DNA from: Agrobacterium sp. 719_389
GTDB lineage: Bacteria; Bacteroidota; Bacteroidia; UBA8524
Length of the DNA stretch: 64,000 nt
Direction of reading: 5' to 3'
NCBI GenBank assembly: GCA_943370295.1
Contig: CALRQL020000008.1
Span: forward strand, 46,865-110,864
Shown: positions 27,695 through 36,870 of the stretch, one piece after another
Position numbering within the stretch: the stretch's first letter is position 1
Layout: each line of letters begins with the position of its first letter
The notes under the pieces: generated by a model
Told to the model about the DNA's origin: nothing
Seen by the model: the letters and a program-made list of their open reading frames with translations, nothing else
Database searches by the model: none
Translations under genes and position numbers: made by a program

Positions 27695-28215
27695 ATGACA
27701 CCCGTTTTTGAAACTGTTAAAGTCACTATTCAAGATATTGCCCAATTGCAAACCATCAGCCGGCAAACGTTTATTCAGGCATTTTGGGAAACGAACGATG
27801 CCGAGTACATGAATCAATATCTGGATAAGAGTTTTAGCTTGGAGGCTCTTAGTAAAGAACTGCAAAACAATAATTCGGAATTTTATTTTGCTAAACTTGA
27901 CGAAAGGGTAGTCGGGTATTTGAAGTTGAATACTGGGCAAGCACAAACCGACATTAAAGACGGTGATGCGCTTGAAATTGAGCGGATATATGTAGTTAAA
28001 GATTTTATGGTAAAGCTGTAGGTCAATTGCTTATTGACTTTGCTGTTAGCAGCGCGCTGAAAATGCAATGTAAGTACATTTGGCTGGGGGTTTGGGAGGA
28101 AAACCCGCGTGCTATTCGCTTTTATGAGAAGAACGGATTTGTAGCGTTTGGCAGCCATCCGTTTTGGTTAGGCGATGATAAACAAACCGATATCTTGATG
28201 AAAAAACCGCTCTGA
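27695..28215 (+). pseudogene. GNAT N-acetyltransferase disrupted by a frameshift in a T-run
   Basis: ORF 27695-28021 ends ...ERIYVVKDFMVKL*. Shifting frame at TTTT (28003-28006) gives ...DFYGKAVGQLLIDFAVSSALKMQCKYIWLGVWEENPRAIRFYEKNGF, which is GNAT motif A and the acetyl-CoA site, continuing into ORF 28027-28215. Confidence 0.75.
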
Positions 28216-28280
28216 CAACGCTAAAACAGGTAAAACAAACGCCTTAACATCTCTTTTAGACTTTTGAAAAATTCTTATTG

Positions 28281-28324
28281 CGCAAGCAAATGCTTGCGTA
28301 TATATTTGCAAGCAGATACTTGCA
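28281..28324 (+). promoter_or_regulatory. Two inverted repeats overlapping a -7 box, candidate ArsR-family operator/promoter
   Basis: IR1 is CGCAAGCA-AA-TGCTTGCG (28281-28298). IR2 is TGCAAG-CAGATA-CTTGCA (28307-28324). TATATTTG (28301-28308) lies 25 nt upstream of the ATG at 28334. Confidence 0.45.
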
Positions 28325-28333
28325 TATTGAGTA

Positions 28334-28660
28334 ATGGAAATCAGAAGAGATGTTTTTCAGGCGATTGCTGACCCTACCCGCAGGCAAATTATTAACATGA
28401 TTGCCGGCGAGCCATTGAACCTAAACACCATTGCCGAAAAGTTTGATGTGAGCCGGCAGGCCATTTCGTTGCACATAAAAATATTGAACGAGTGCGGTTT
28501 AATAAACATTAAGCAGCACGGCAGGGAACGCTATTGTGAGGCAAAGCTGGAAAAGCTGGAGGAGGTAACAGACTGGGTGGAACAATCGACCAAATTATGG
28601 AAACAGAAGTTTACTAAGCTGGATACGTTTTTACAAACCGTACAAAACAAAGACCAATAA
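28334..28660 (+). CDS. ArsR/SmtB-family transcriptional regulator
   Basis: VFQAIADPTRRQIINMI...LNTIAEKFDVSRQAISLHIKIL is a winged-HTH signature. Confidence 0.85.
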   Translation: MEIRRDVFQAIADPTRRQIINMIAGEPLNLNTIAEKFDVSRQAISLHIKILNECGLINIKQHGRERYCEAKLEKLEEVTDWVEQSTKLWKQKFTKLDTFLQTVQNKDQ

Positions 28661-28666
28661 CAAACG

Positions 28667-29140
28667 ATGGAAAAGGAAGTTAGCATAACACAGTTTTTTG
28701 ATGCACCAAGAGAATTGGTTTTTAAAGCGTGGACAGACGCCGAGTGGCTGCCCCAATGGCACGCCCCTGATAATTGTACCATACTTTTTAAACACTTGGA
28801 TGTGCGGGTGGGCGGATATTTCCACTCGTGTGTAAATAACCCTGAATACGGCGAGTGCTGGGCCTTGGGAGTGTATAAAGAAATAATTTACCCTGAAAAA
28901 CTGGTGTACACGTTATCGGTAGCAGATGAAGAGGGCAACTTAACCGACCCGCAAAGTGCCGGCATGAACCCCGATTGGCCTGCCGAAACTCTTGTTACTG
29001 TTACGTTTACTGAACAAAACGGTAAAACAAAAATGGTGCTGACCCAAACGGTAAACGAGGCATTGGCCAAAGAAACAGGGGCATACCCAAGCTGGCTGCA
29101 AATGTTTGAGCGTCTTAACCTACGCATCGTAAATAACTAA
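28667..29140 (+). CDS. SRPBCC-superfamily (Aha1-domain) protein
   Basis: FDAPRELVFKAWTDAEWLPQW is a typical AHSA1/SRPBCC start. It forms the classic pair with an upstream ArsR gene. Confidence 0.65.
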   Translation: MEKEVSITQFFDAPRELVFKAWTDAEWLPQWHAPDNCTILFKHLDVRVGGYFHSCVNNPEYGECWALGVYKEIIYPEKLVYTLSVADEEGNLTDPQSAGMNPDWPAETLVTVTFTEQNGKTKMVLTQTVNEALAKETGAYPSWLQMFERLNLRIVNN

Positions 29141-29146
29141 CACACT

Positions 29147-30046
29147 ATGAAAACAAATTATCTGCAAATAGTGTGGGTGATACTCACGCTGCTGTGTGTC
29201 GCATGCAAATCAACACACACAACAAAACCAATGATTGAAACTATGAAAGCTGAAAATACAGTAGTAAGCGGATATGCGCCGCTAAATGGATTTAAGATGT
29301 ATTACGAAGTAAGGGGCGAAGGAGGTGTACCCCTGGTACTGATACACGGCGGCGGCTCTACCATTGAAAGTACATTTGGGCGAGTGATTGACAGTTTTGC
29401 GAAGACTAGAAAAGTAATAGCCATGGAGCTGCAAAGCCACGGACATACTGAAGACATAGACCGACCGCTAAGTTTTGAGCAAGATGCCGATGATGTGGCA
29501 GCGTTGTTGCAATACCTGAAAATTGATAATGCCGACTTTTTTGGCTTTAGCAACGGGGGAACAACTACGCTTCAAATAGCTATCCGCCACCCCAAGTTGG
29601 TGCGCAAAGCTGTGGTTGCTTCGGCCATATACCGTCGCGACGGCACTTTTCCGCAGTTTTGGGATTTTATGAAACAGGCCAAACAAAGCCCGATGCCTGT
29701 GGAATTACAAGAGGCGTATAAAAAAGCAGCGCCCGATACGGCCAATCTTAAACAACTGCACTATAAATGTGTAGACCGGGTACTTGGTTTTGAAGATATA
29801 CCCGACGAAGCTATAAAAACCATACAAGCCCCAACGATGGTAGTGATTTCTGATGCCGACGTTGCAACACCTGAGCACGCCGTTGCATTATACCGCCTAT
29901 TGCCGCACGGTAGTATTGTAATATTTCCCGGCGGCCACGGAGAGTACATCGGTGAGGTATGCACGCTTAGCAGCGGTGCTAATACTTATATGGGAACCGT
30001 AAAAATTATAGAGGCTTTTTTAGACAAGCCTTTGCCGGCTAAATAA
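29147..30046 (+). CDS. Alpha/beta hydrolase lipoprotein
   Basis: Lipobox LLCVAC, HGGG, and nucleophile elbow GFSNGG are present. Confidence 0.75.
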   Translation: MKTNYLQIVWVILTLLCVACKSTHTTKPMIETMKAENTVVSGYAPLNGFKMYYEVRGEGGVPLVLIHGGGSTIESTFGRVIDSFAKTRKVIAMELQSHGHTEDIDRPLSFEQDADDVAALLQYLKIDNADFFGFSNGGTTTLQIAIRHPKLVRKAVVASAIYRRDGTFPQFWDFMKQAKQSPMPVELQEAYKKAAPDTANLKQLHYKCVDRVLGFEDIPDEAIKTIQAPTMVVISDADVATPEHAVALYRLLPHGSIVIFPGGHGEYIGEVCTLSSGANTYMGTVKIIEAFLDKPLPAK

Positions 30047-30059
30047 AAGCAAGTGCTGC

Positions 30060-30461
30060 TTACTGGCTGTTTTTCTCTAACGCTATGCGCAGGGTAAGAA
30101 CAAACAATACAACAGTAACCGGCACAAACAGCGCGCGCTCAATTGCCGATGTTGATGCAACATTGCCCAGTATGCCAAAGAAATACATAAGCGGCAACAG
30201 CCAAGCAACAATGTCGGCAGTTTTGCCAAGGCGGGGCAACAAACGACGGGCTTTTACCAGCACTATAATCAAACAAAAAAGGTTAATCAGAATAGAAACC
30301 AATTCAAAAACTACCATCTGTTCACGGCTTTCAATTCTGCCGCCCCATACAATAGTGTATGGTGCAACACCAAACAATACAAACAGATTAAACAAGGTAA
30401 CCAGCAATAAAATAATTACGGTTGCAGTAACGGCAGTTTTAAAAGAAAGGAGTCGTTTCAT
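30060..30461 (-). CDS. Hypothetical 4-TM membrane protein
   Basis: Four hydrophobic segments in 133 aa. Confidence 0.5.
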   Translation of the reverse strand: MKRLLSFKTAVTATVIILLLVTLFNLFVLFGVAPYTIVWGGRIESREQMVVFELVSILINLFCLIIVLVKARRLLPRLGKTADIVAWLLPLMYFFGILGNVASTSAIERALFVPVTVVLFVLTLRIALEKNSQ

Positions 30462-30664
30462 TTATACTTCAAAGATAACATACTTGGGTTTTGAATAAAT
30501 TAAACACGCAGCAAGGCCAATAACAATTGTTGTAAACTATTTTCTTTTAATTACATTAGGCATAATGCTCATCCCCTACTTTTTGTGGAAACGACTAATG
30601 CACATTAAACAATTTTTAAGCGCGTAAATAATAGTATATTACTCTATAATAAACATTAACTGCC

Positions 30665-31192
30665 ATGACTATTGTTATAATTATTGTTGCCATAATAGCA
30701 CTGCCTTTTGTGCTGGCCATGTTTACCAAAAAAAGCTACTCGATAGAGAGAAGCATTTTAATTAACCGCCCCGTGAATGTTGTTTTTGATTACCTGAAAC
30801 ACATAAAAAACCAAGACCAGTTTAGCAAATGGGTGCAAATGGACCCCAACATGAAAAAGGAGTACAGGGGTACCGATGGTACTGTGGGTTTTGTGTATGC
30901 TTGGAATGGGAATAAACAAGCGGGCGAAGGTGAGCAAGAGATAAAACGCATTGTAGAAAACAGGAAACTGGATATTGAAGTGACGTTTATTCGCCCTTTT
31001 GCAGTAGTGGCAAAAACCCCATTTACCACTGAGGCAGTTGAGGTGAACGAAACCAGAGTAACGTGGGGAATGTCAAGCGCAATGAATTACCCTATGAATA
31101 TTATGTTGCTGTTTATGAACATGGAGAAATTGCTGGGCAAGGATTTAGAATTCAGCCTGCAACAATTAAAGGATAAACTAGAAAACCAATAA
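30665..31192 (+). CDS. SRPBCC/polyketide-cyclase-like protein with N-terminal TM anchor
   Basis: An N-terminal helix is followed by a ~150-aa START/Bet v1-like pattern. Confidence 0.5.
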   Translation: MTIVIIIVAIIALPFVLAMFTKKSYSIERSILINRPVNVVFDYLKHIKNQDQFSKWVQMDPNMKKEYRGTDGTVGFVYAWNGNKQAGEGEQEIKRIVENRKLDIEVTFIRPFAVVAKTPFTTEAVEVNETRVTWGMSSAMNYPMNIMLLFMNMEKLLGKDLEFSLQQLKDKLENQ

Positions 31193-31197
31193 CCGCT

Positions 31198-31416
31198 ATG
31201 TCGTTTCAAGCATACCTTGATAATATTGAAGCCAAAACAGGTAAAACCCCTGTCGACTTTAAGAAAATAGCCGAAGAAAAAGGCTTTATGAAAGAAGGAG
31301 AATTGAACCCAAGTACCAAAGCAGGCGAAATAGTAGCGTGGCTCAAAGCCGATTTTGGCTTGGGGCACGGACACGCAATGGCAATTTATGCCGCGTTTAA
31401 GGGCAAAACCGAGTAG
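31198..31416 (+). CDS. DUF4287-domain protein
   Basis: MSFQAYLDNIEAKTGKTP...AGEIVAWLKADFGLGHGHAMAIY matches the DUF4287 signature as I remember it. Confidence 0.65.
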   Translation: MSFQAYLDNIEAKTGKTPVDFKKIAEEKGFMKEGELNPSTKAGEIVAWLKADFGLGHGHAMAIYAAFKGKTE

Positions 31417-31462
31417 GCACAGCCTGCACCATCTGCAGTATATAAATCAGTCAAAATAATCG

Positions 31463-31497
31463 TAACTCCTGCCTAAGCCTGCTTTGGGCGGGAGTTA
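31463..31497 (+). terminator. Candidate terminator hairpin
   Basis: TAACTCCTGCC...GGCGGGAGTTA (one G-U) is followed by a T-rich tract. Confidence 0.5.
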
Positions 31498-31556
31498 ACT
31501 TATTTTAATAAACTGTTACCAAGCAAAAACAACCACTGTTTGCATACACATTTGCG

Positions 31557-31564
31557 TAGCTTTG
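31557..31564 (+). promoter_or_regulatory. Bacteroidota -7 box (TAnnTTTG) upstream of the HD-domain gene
   Basis: TAGCTTTG lies 12 nt upstream of the ATG at 31577. Confidence 0.35.
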
Positions 31565-31576
31565 CAGCCAGTTTTA

Positions 31577-32797
31577 ATGACAAATAAAAAGAAGATAATA
31601 AACGACCCCTTGTATGGTTTTCTTACCATACCCTACGGTTGGTTGTTTGATTTAATAGAGCACCCATACTTTCAGCGGTTGCGCCGAATAAAACAATTAG
31701 GCATGAGCCACTTGGTATACCCCGGGGCCTTGCACACCCGTTACCATCATGCCTTAGGCGCCCTTAAGCTTACCCTTGAGGCCATAGAAAATCTTAGGTT
31801 TAAGGACGTAGAAATTACCGATGCCGAAGCGGAGGCCACCTGCGCCGCTATTCTTTTGCACGACATAGGCCATGGGCCTTTTTCGCACGCACTTGAAGAA
31901 GCCATCGTAAAGGGCGTTCACCACGAAGAAATATCGCTGTTGTTTATGCAACGGCTCAACGAAGAGTTTGACGGCAAACTTACCCTTGCCATTGAGGTGT
32001 TTAAAGGCACCTATCACAAAGGATTTTTGCACCAATTGGTAAGCAGCCAGTTAGACATGGACCGCATGGATTATCTGATGCGCGACAGTTTTTATACCGG
32101 AGTTTCAGAAGGGGTGATAGGTGCCGACCGTATTATAAAAATGCTGAACGTGGCCAACGGCAGTTTGGTGGTAGAAGAAAAAGGCATTTACTCTATTGAG
32201 AAGTTTTTGGTAGCCCGCAGGCTTATGTACTGGCAGGTGTATTTGCACAAAACGGTGGTAGCTGCTGAAATTCAATTGCTGCTTTTGCTGAAACGAGCTA
32301 AGGAATTGGTTATGAAAGGAGAACAATTGTTCGCAACTCCTGCTTTCAACCATTTTTTAACCCAAAATATTACCAGCGAAAACTTTTTTGCAGATAAAAA
32401 CAATTTAGAGCAATATGCTTTGCTGGATGATTTTGATATTACTGCCTCTGTAAAGGTTTGGATGCAGCATCCTGACGAAACATTAGCATACCTTTCAAAA
32501 AGTCTTATCAACCGCAGACTGCCTAAAATTATTTTTCAGAACACGGCGTTTAGTGCCGAAGAAATAGATAAAGTAAAAGAAGAAGTTAAAATTCGTAAAA
32601 ATATAAAAGACAGCGAAATAAACTATTACGTTTTTTCAGGTTCTGTGCACAATAATGCCTATAGCGGAACGCAAGTAAGTATTAATATTTTGCAAAAAGA
32701 CGGAAACGTGAACGACGTGGGAAGAGTGAGCGATAACTACAGCATTTCATCAATGAGTCGCGACGTAGAGAAATTTTATTTGTGTTATCCTAAATAG
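31577..32797 (+). CDS. HD-domain phosphohydrolase (dGTPase-like)
   Basis: HTRYHHALGA and LLHDIGHGPFSH are present. The ATG at 31577 is preferred because the track start overlaps the -7 box. Confidence 0.8.
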   Translation: MTNKKKIINDPLYGFLTIPYGWLFDLIEHPYFQRLRRIKQLGMSHLVYPGALHTRYHHALGALKLTLEAIENLRFKDVEITDAEAEATCAAILLHDIGHGPFSHALEEAIVKGVHHEEISLLFMQRLNEEFDGKLTLAIEVFKGTYHKGFLHQLVSSQLDMDRMDYLMRDSFYTGVSEGVIGADRIIKMLNVANGSLVVEEKGIYSIEKFLVARRLMYWQVYLHKTVVAAEIQLLLLLKRAKELVMKGEQLFATPAFNHFLTQNITSENFFADKNNLEQYALLDDFDITASVKVWMQHPDETLAYLSKSLINRRLPKIIFQNTAFSAEEIDKVKEEVKIRKNIKDSEINYYVFSGSVHNNAYSGTQVSINILQKDGNVNDVGRVSDNYSISSMSRDVEKFYLCYPK

Positions 32798-32831
32798 TAT
32801 TAATTTAGCTGATTATTTTCACCCACACACA

Positions 32832-33881
32832 ATGGTTATAACCGTAGAAGAAATCAGGGAGATGTTCGGTGGTGAAATTGAAGGCGACGCAAGCGCCGAG
32901 ATTTTCACAGTGAGCAAGATTGAACAGGGAACAAAGGGGGCATTAACTTTTTTGGCAAATCCTAAGTACGAAGCCTATCTATACGATACAAAGGCTACGG
33001 CCGTTTTAATCAACAAAAATTTTAAGCCTGCAAAGGATGTGGCCGTTACCATGATTAAGGTTGACGACCCCTATATTGCTTTTACGCAGGTATTGAGCAA
33101 ATACTTTAACCCCGACCAACATAAATCGGGTATTGAACAACCTTGCTACATTTCTGAAAATTCAAAAATAGGGGCAAACCCCTACATTGGCGCATTTGCA
33201 TACATTGGCAAAAACGTAACCATTGGCGATAATGTAAAAATATATCCCAATGCCTATGTGGGAGATAATGTGCACATTGGTGATAATACCATCCTGTTTT
33301 CAGGCGTAAAAATATACTCATACTGCGTTATCGGAGCCAATTGCACCCTGCATGCGGGCACTGTTATCGGGTCTGACGGGTTTGGATACGCACCACAAGG
33401 CGACGGTACTTTCATGAAAATACCCCAAACAGGTAATGTAATTATTGAGGACAATGTTGAGATTGGCTCAAATTGCTCAATAGACCGTGCTACTATGGGC
33501 AGTACCATCATTAAAAAAGGCGCAAAGCTTGATAACCTGATACAAATAGCCCACAACGTTGAGATTGGCGAAAATACAGCCATAGCAGCACAAACAGGCA
33601 TTTCGGGCAGTACAAAACTGGGTAAATATTGTGTAGTGGCCGGCCAGGTTGGTTTTGCAGGTCATTTGCAAATAGCCGATGGCTCACAATTTGGCGCACA
33701 AGCAGGTATAGGCAAAAGCATTACCGATAAAAACAAACAATGGCACGGGTCTCCGGCTATTGATTTAAAAGGTTGGCTAAAATCGCAGGTAATGTTTCGT
33801 AACCTGCCCGATTTAGAGAAAAAAATCAACCAGCTTGAGAAGATTATCGCACAGTTAGATGTGCACGAAAGCAAACAATAA
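32832..33881 (+). CDS. lpxD: UDP-3-O-acylglucosamine N-acyltransferase
   Basis: Hexapeptide (LbH) repeats in a 349-aa protein, positioned upstream of lpxC-fabZ and lpxA. Confidence 0.85.
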   Translation: MVITVEEIREMFGGEIEGDASAEIFTVSKIEQGTKGALTFLANPKYEAYLYDTKATAVLINKNFKPAKDVAVTMIKVDDPYIAFTQVLSKYFNPDQHKSGIEQPCYISENSKIGANPYIGAFAYIGKNVTIGDNVKIYPNAYVGDNVHIGDNTILFSGVKIYSYCVIGANCTLHAGTVIGSDGFGYAPQGDGTFMKIPQTGNVIIEDNVEIGSNCSIDRATMGSTIIKKGAKLDNLIQIAHNVEIGENTAIAAQTGISGSTKLGKYCVVAGQVGFAGHLQIADGSQFGAQAGIGKSITDKNKQWHGSPAIDLKGWLKSQVMFRNLPDLEKKINQLEKIIAQLDVHESKQ

Positions 33882-33908
33882 TTTAAAGCGGCTGCATTAA
33901 AAAAGGGC

Positions 33909-33916
33909 TATCTTTG
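33909..33916 (+). promoter_or_regulatory. Bacteroidota -7 box (TAnnTTTG) upstream of lpxC-fabZ
   Basis: TATCTTTG lies 48 nt upstream of the ATG at 33965. Confidence 0.3.
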
Positions 33917-33964
33917 CCCCGCATTTTGACAACCACACGGTTGCCGACTGATTAAATTACAACG

Positions 33965-35371
33965 ATGAACGAAAAACAAACTACTATAAAGGGTCCCGTA
34001 AAGGTGTCTGGCATTGGCCTGCATACAGGCAAGATGGTGAACATGACGTTCTTGCCCGCCCCTGAAAATCATGGTATTAAGTTTCAAAGGGTTGATTTAC
34101 CCGACCAACCTATTATTGATGCTGACGTTGATTTAGTGGTAGATACTTCACGCGGAACCACGCTTGAATACAATGGTGCCCGTGTAGCTACCGTAGAGCA
34201 TGCTATGGCTGCATTGGCAGGCTTAGAAATTGATAATTGTGTAGTTCAGTTAGACGGCCCCGAAGTGCCTATTTTGGATGGTAGTGCCGAGATTTTTGTT
34301 AACGAGATATTAATAGTTGGCATACAGCAACAAGAAGCTGAACGCGAATATTTTACCCTTCCGCAAAATGTATCGTTTTTAGAGCCTGATAAAGGAGTAG
34401 AAATGATAGCAATGCCGGTAGATGATTATCGCCTTACGGTAATGGTGGATTACAACTCACCAATTCTAGGTAGCCAGCACGCATCAGTAACCAGCCTTAA
34501 AGAATTTAAAAAAGAGATTGCCAGCAGCCGTACTTTTTGCTTTTTACACGAGTTGGAAATGCTGCTGAGCCAAAACCTTATTAAAGGTGGCGACCTTAGC
34601 AATGCCATAGTAATAGTTGATAAGCACGTAGGCGAAGAAGAACTTGCCCATCTTGCTCAACTATTTAATAAGCCAAAAGTTGAGGTGAAAAAAGAAGGTA
34701 TTTTGAACAACGTTGACCTTCGCTTTCAAAACGAGCCTGCCCGCCATAAACTGCTTGATTTGATTGGCGACCTTGCCCTAATAGGTATGCCGCTAAAAGC
34801 TCAAATTATGGCAGCACGCCCCGGCCACGCAGCTAACGTTGCTTTTGGTAAAAAAATCAAACAATTGATTAAGAAAAAGAAAAGCCTTGCGGGTGTTCCT
34901 GTTTACGACCCGAATAAAAAACCCGTGTATGATATCAATGATATCACAAGGTTTTTGCCTCATAAATTCCCCTTCTTATTTGTTGATAAGGTAATGGAAA
35001 TTAGTGCCACCCATGTGTTGGCTGTTAAAAACGTTACCGGCGACGAATATTATTTCCAAGGGCATTTCCCCGGCAACCCAATTATGCCCGGCGTATTGCA
35101 AATTGAAGCAATGGCGCAAGCAGGCGGTGTTTTGATTTTGAGCCGTGTACCCGACCCTGAAAACTACAGCACCTATTTTGTGAAGATAGAAAGCGTGAAG
35201 TTTAAAGAGAAAGTAGTGCCCGGTGATACACTGGTAATGCGTCTTGACCTTATTGCTCCTGTTCGCAGGGGGCTTTGTCTGATGAAAGGACAAGCATACG
35301 TTGGCGATAAGTTGGTAACTGAAGCCGAATTGATGGCTCAGATTGTGAAAGACAAAAACCTCAATAATTAA
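33965..35371 (+). CDS. lpxC-fabZ: Bifunctional UDP-3-O-acyl-GlcNAc deacetylase / 3-hydroxyacyl-ACP dehydratase
   Basis: The N-terminal half has LpxC motifs (GIGLHTG, TVEHAMAAL). The C-terminal half has FabZ motifs (LPHKFPFLFVDKV, FQGHFPGNPIMPGVL). Confidence 0.9.
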   Translation: MNEKQTTIKGPVKVSGIGLHTGKMVNMTFLPAPENHGIKFQRVDLPDQPIIDADVDLVVDTSRGTTLEYNGARVATVEHAMAALAGLEIDNCVVQLDGPEVPILDGSAEIFVNEILIVGIQQQEAEREYFTLPQNVSFLEPDKGVEMIAMPVDDYRLTVMVDYNSPILGSQHASVTSLKEFKKEIASSRTFCFLHELEMLLSQNLIKGGDLSNAIVIVDKHVGEEELAHLAQLFNKPKVEVKKEGILNNVDLRFQNEPARHKLLDLIGDLALIGMPLKAQIMAARPGHAANVAFGKKIKQLIKKKKSLAGVPVYDPNKKPVYDINDITRFLPHKFPFLFVDKVMEISATHVLAVKNVTGDEYYFQGHFPGNPIMPGVLQIEAMAQAGGVLILSRVPDPENYSTYFVKIESVKFKEKVVPGDTLVMRLDLIAPVRRGLCLMKGQAYVGDKLVTEAELMAQIVKDKNLNN

Positions 35372-35461
35372 CGTTTCATACGAATAAATGAAGCTTTCGT
35401 GGGTAAGATTTTGATAAAACAATAAATACCCCGTTAATTTGCCCAATAACTATAAGCCCTG

Positions 35462-36247
35462 ATGATACAGCCCCTTTCATACGTGAACCCGCAGGCTAAA
35501 ATTGCCGATAACGTTGTAATAGACCCGTTTGTAACCATTGACAAGAATGTAGAAATTGGTGAGGGAACGTGGATAGGCCCCAACGTTACCATTATGGAGG
35601 GTGCGCGTATCGGAAAAAACTGTAAAATTTTCCCCGGAGCGGTTATCTCAGCAATTCCTCAAGATTTAAAATTTCATGGCGAAGAAAGCCTTGTAATCAT
35701 AGGCGATAATACCACCATACGCGAATGTGCTACTATTAACAGGGGTACTGAAGCTGCCGGAAAAACCGTTATAGGCCAAAACAGCCTGATAATGGCCTAC
35801 GTTCACGTAGCCCACGATTGTAACATTGGTAACAACGTAATTTTGGGTAACTCGGTGCAATTGGCCGGACACATTAATATTGGCGATTACGCCATTATTA
35901 GCGGACTTTCAGCCGTACACCAGTTTGTAAACATCGGTCAGCACGCTATGATTTCCGGTGGTTCATTGGTGCGTAAAGACGTTCCTCCTTACACCAAAGC
36001 TGCTCGCGAGCCTCTTTCGTACGAAGGGATTAACTCTATCGGTTTGCGCCGCCGAGGCTTTACTACCGAAAAGATTAACGAGATACAGGAAATTTACCGC
36101 ATCATCTACCTTCGCGGCTACAACAACTCAAAAGCAATGGCTTTTATTGAGGGTGAAATGCCTGCTACCAAAGAACGCGATGAAATTATCAGCTTTATTC
36201 GCGATTCTGACCGCGGTATCATGAAGGGCTATAACTATAACCGCTAA
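35462..36247 (+). CDS. lpxA: Acyl-ACP--UDP-GlcNAc O-acyltransferase
   Basis: LbH repeats plus a C-terminal helical domain in a 261-aa protein, in lpx cluster context. Confidence 0.85.
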   Translation: MIQPLSYVNPQAKIADNVVIDPFVTIDKNVEIGEGTWIGPNVTIMEGARIGKNCKIFPGAVISAIPQDLKFHGEESLVIIGDNTTIRECATINRGTEAAGKTVIGQNSLIMAYVHVAHDCNIGNNVILGNSVQLAGHINIGDYAIISGLSAVHQFVNIGQHAMISGGSLVRKDVPPYTKAAREPLSYEGINSIGLRRRGFTTEKINEIQEIYRIIYLRGYNNSKAMAFIEGEMPATKERDEIISFIRDSDRGIMKGYNYNR

Positions 36248-36252
36248 ACATC

Positions 36253-36870
36253 TTGTTTGAAATAGTACTTGAAAACTGCGGCAAGAAATTTAACCGTAAC
36301 TGGATTTTCAAGGATTTTAACCACACCTTCACTTCGGGTAATGCCTATGCCATATTAGGACCCAACGGGTCGGGCAAATCAACGCTATTGCAGTGCATAG
36401 CGGGGTATATGGCTATCTCTAAAGGCAAAATAAACTTTAGTCAAGACAGTCGCCTTATTGAAGAGGATGAAAAATACCGACACCTTGTTATTGCCTCCCC
36501 CTTTTTAGAACTAATAGAAGAGTTTACCCTGCAAGAAACCGTAGATTTTCATTTCAAGATGAAAAAGCAGGCGTTTATTAAACATCCTGAAGAGATTATT
36601 GAAATTACCGGGTTGGGTAGCTCTGCCAATAAGCAGTTGAAGTTTTTTTCATCGGGCATGAAACAGCGGGTAAAGATTGCCCTTGCTGTGTTTAGCGATG
36701 TACCGGTGCTGATGCTTGATGAGCCCTGCACCAACTTTGATGCTAAAGGGATTGACTGGTATTTAAACCTTGTAGAACAATACACACAGCAACGCTTGGT
36801 TTTGGTGGCAAGTAACCAGCCGCATGAATACAGCTTTTGTAAAGAGATGATAACCGTAGCGCAGAATTAG
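36253..36870 (+). CDS. ABC transporter ATP-binding protein (no permease gene adjacent)
   Basis: Walker A GPNGSGKST, signature FSSGMKQR, and Walker B LMLDEP are present. TTG start. Confidence 0.8.
   Translation: MFEIVLENCGKKFNRNWIFKDFNHTFTSGNAYAILGPNGSGKSTLLQCIAGYMAISKGKINFSQDSRLIEEDEKYRHLVIASPFLELIEEFTLQETVDFHFKMKKQAFIKHPEEIIEITGLGSSANKQLKFFSSGMKQRVKIALAVFSDVPVLMLDEPCTNFDAKGIDWYLNLVEQYTQQRLVLVASNQPHEYSFCKEMITVAQN

Noticed and set aside
28027-28215. A separate 62-aa gene could lie downstream of a 108-aa gene.
   Set aside because: Both are halves of one GNAT fold joined by a single-base frame shift at the T-run 28003-28006. I report them as one pseudogene or a possible sequencing error.
23011-31416. 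The region could be a prophage or an integrative conjugative element at tRNA-Asn.
   Set aside because: There are no integrase, excisionase, phage structural, replication or conjugation genes anywhere in the block. Only one pair of att-like repeats is present, enclosing 0.84 kb. It is best described as a decayed or accreted accessory islet.
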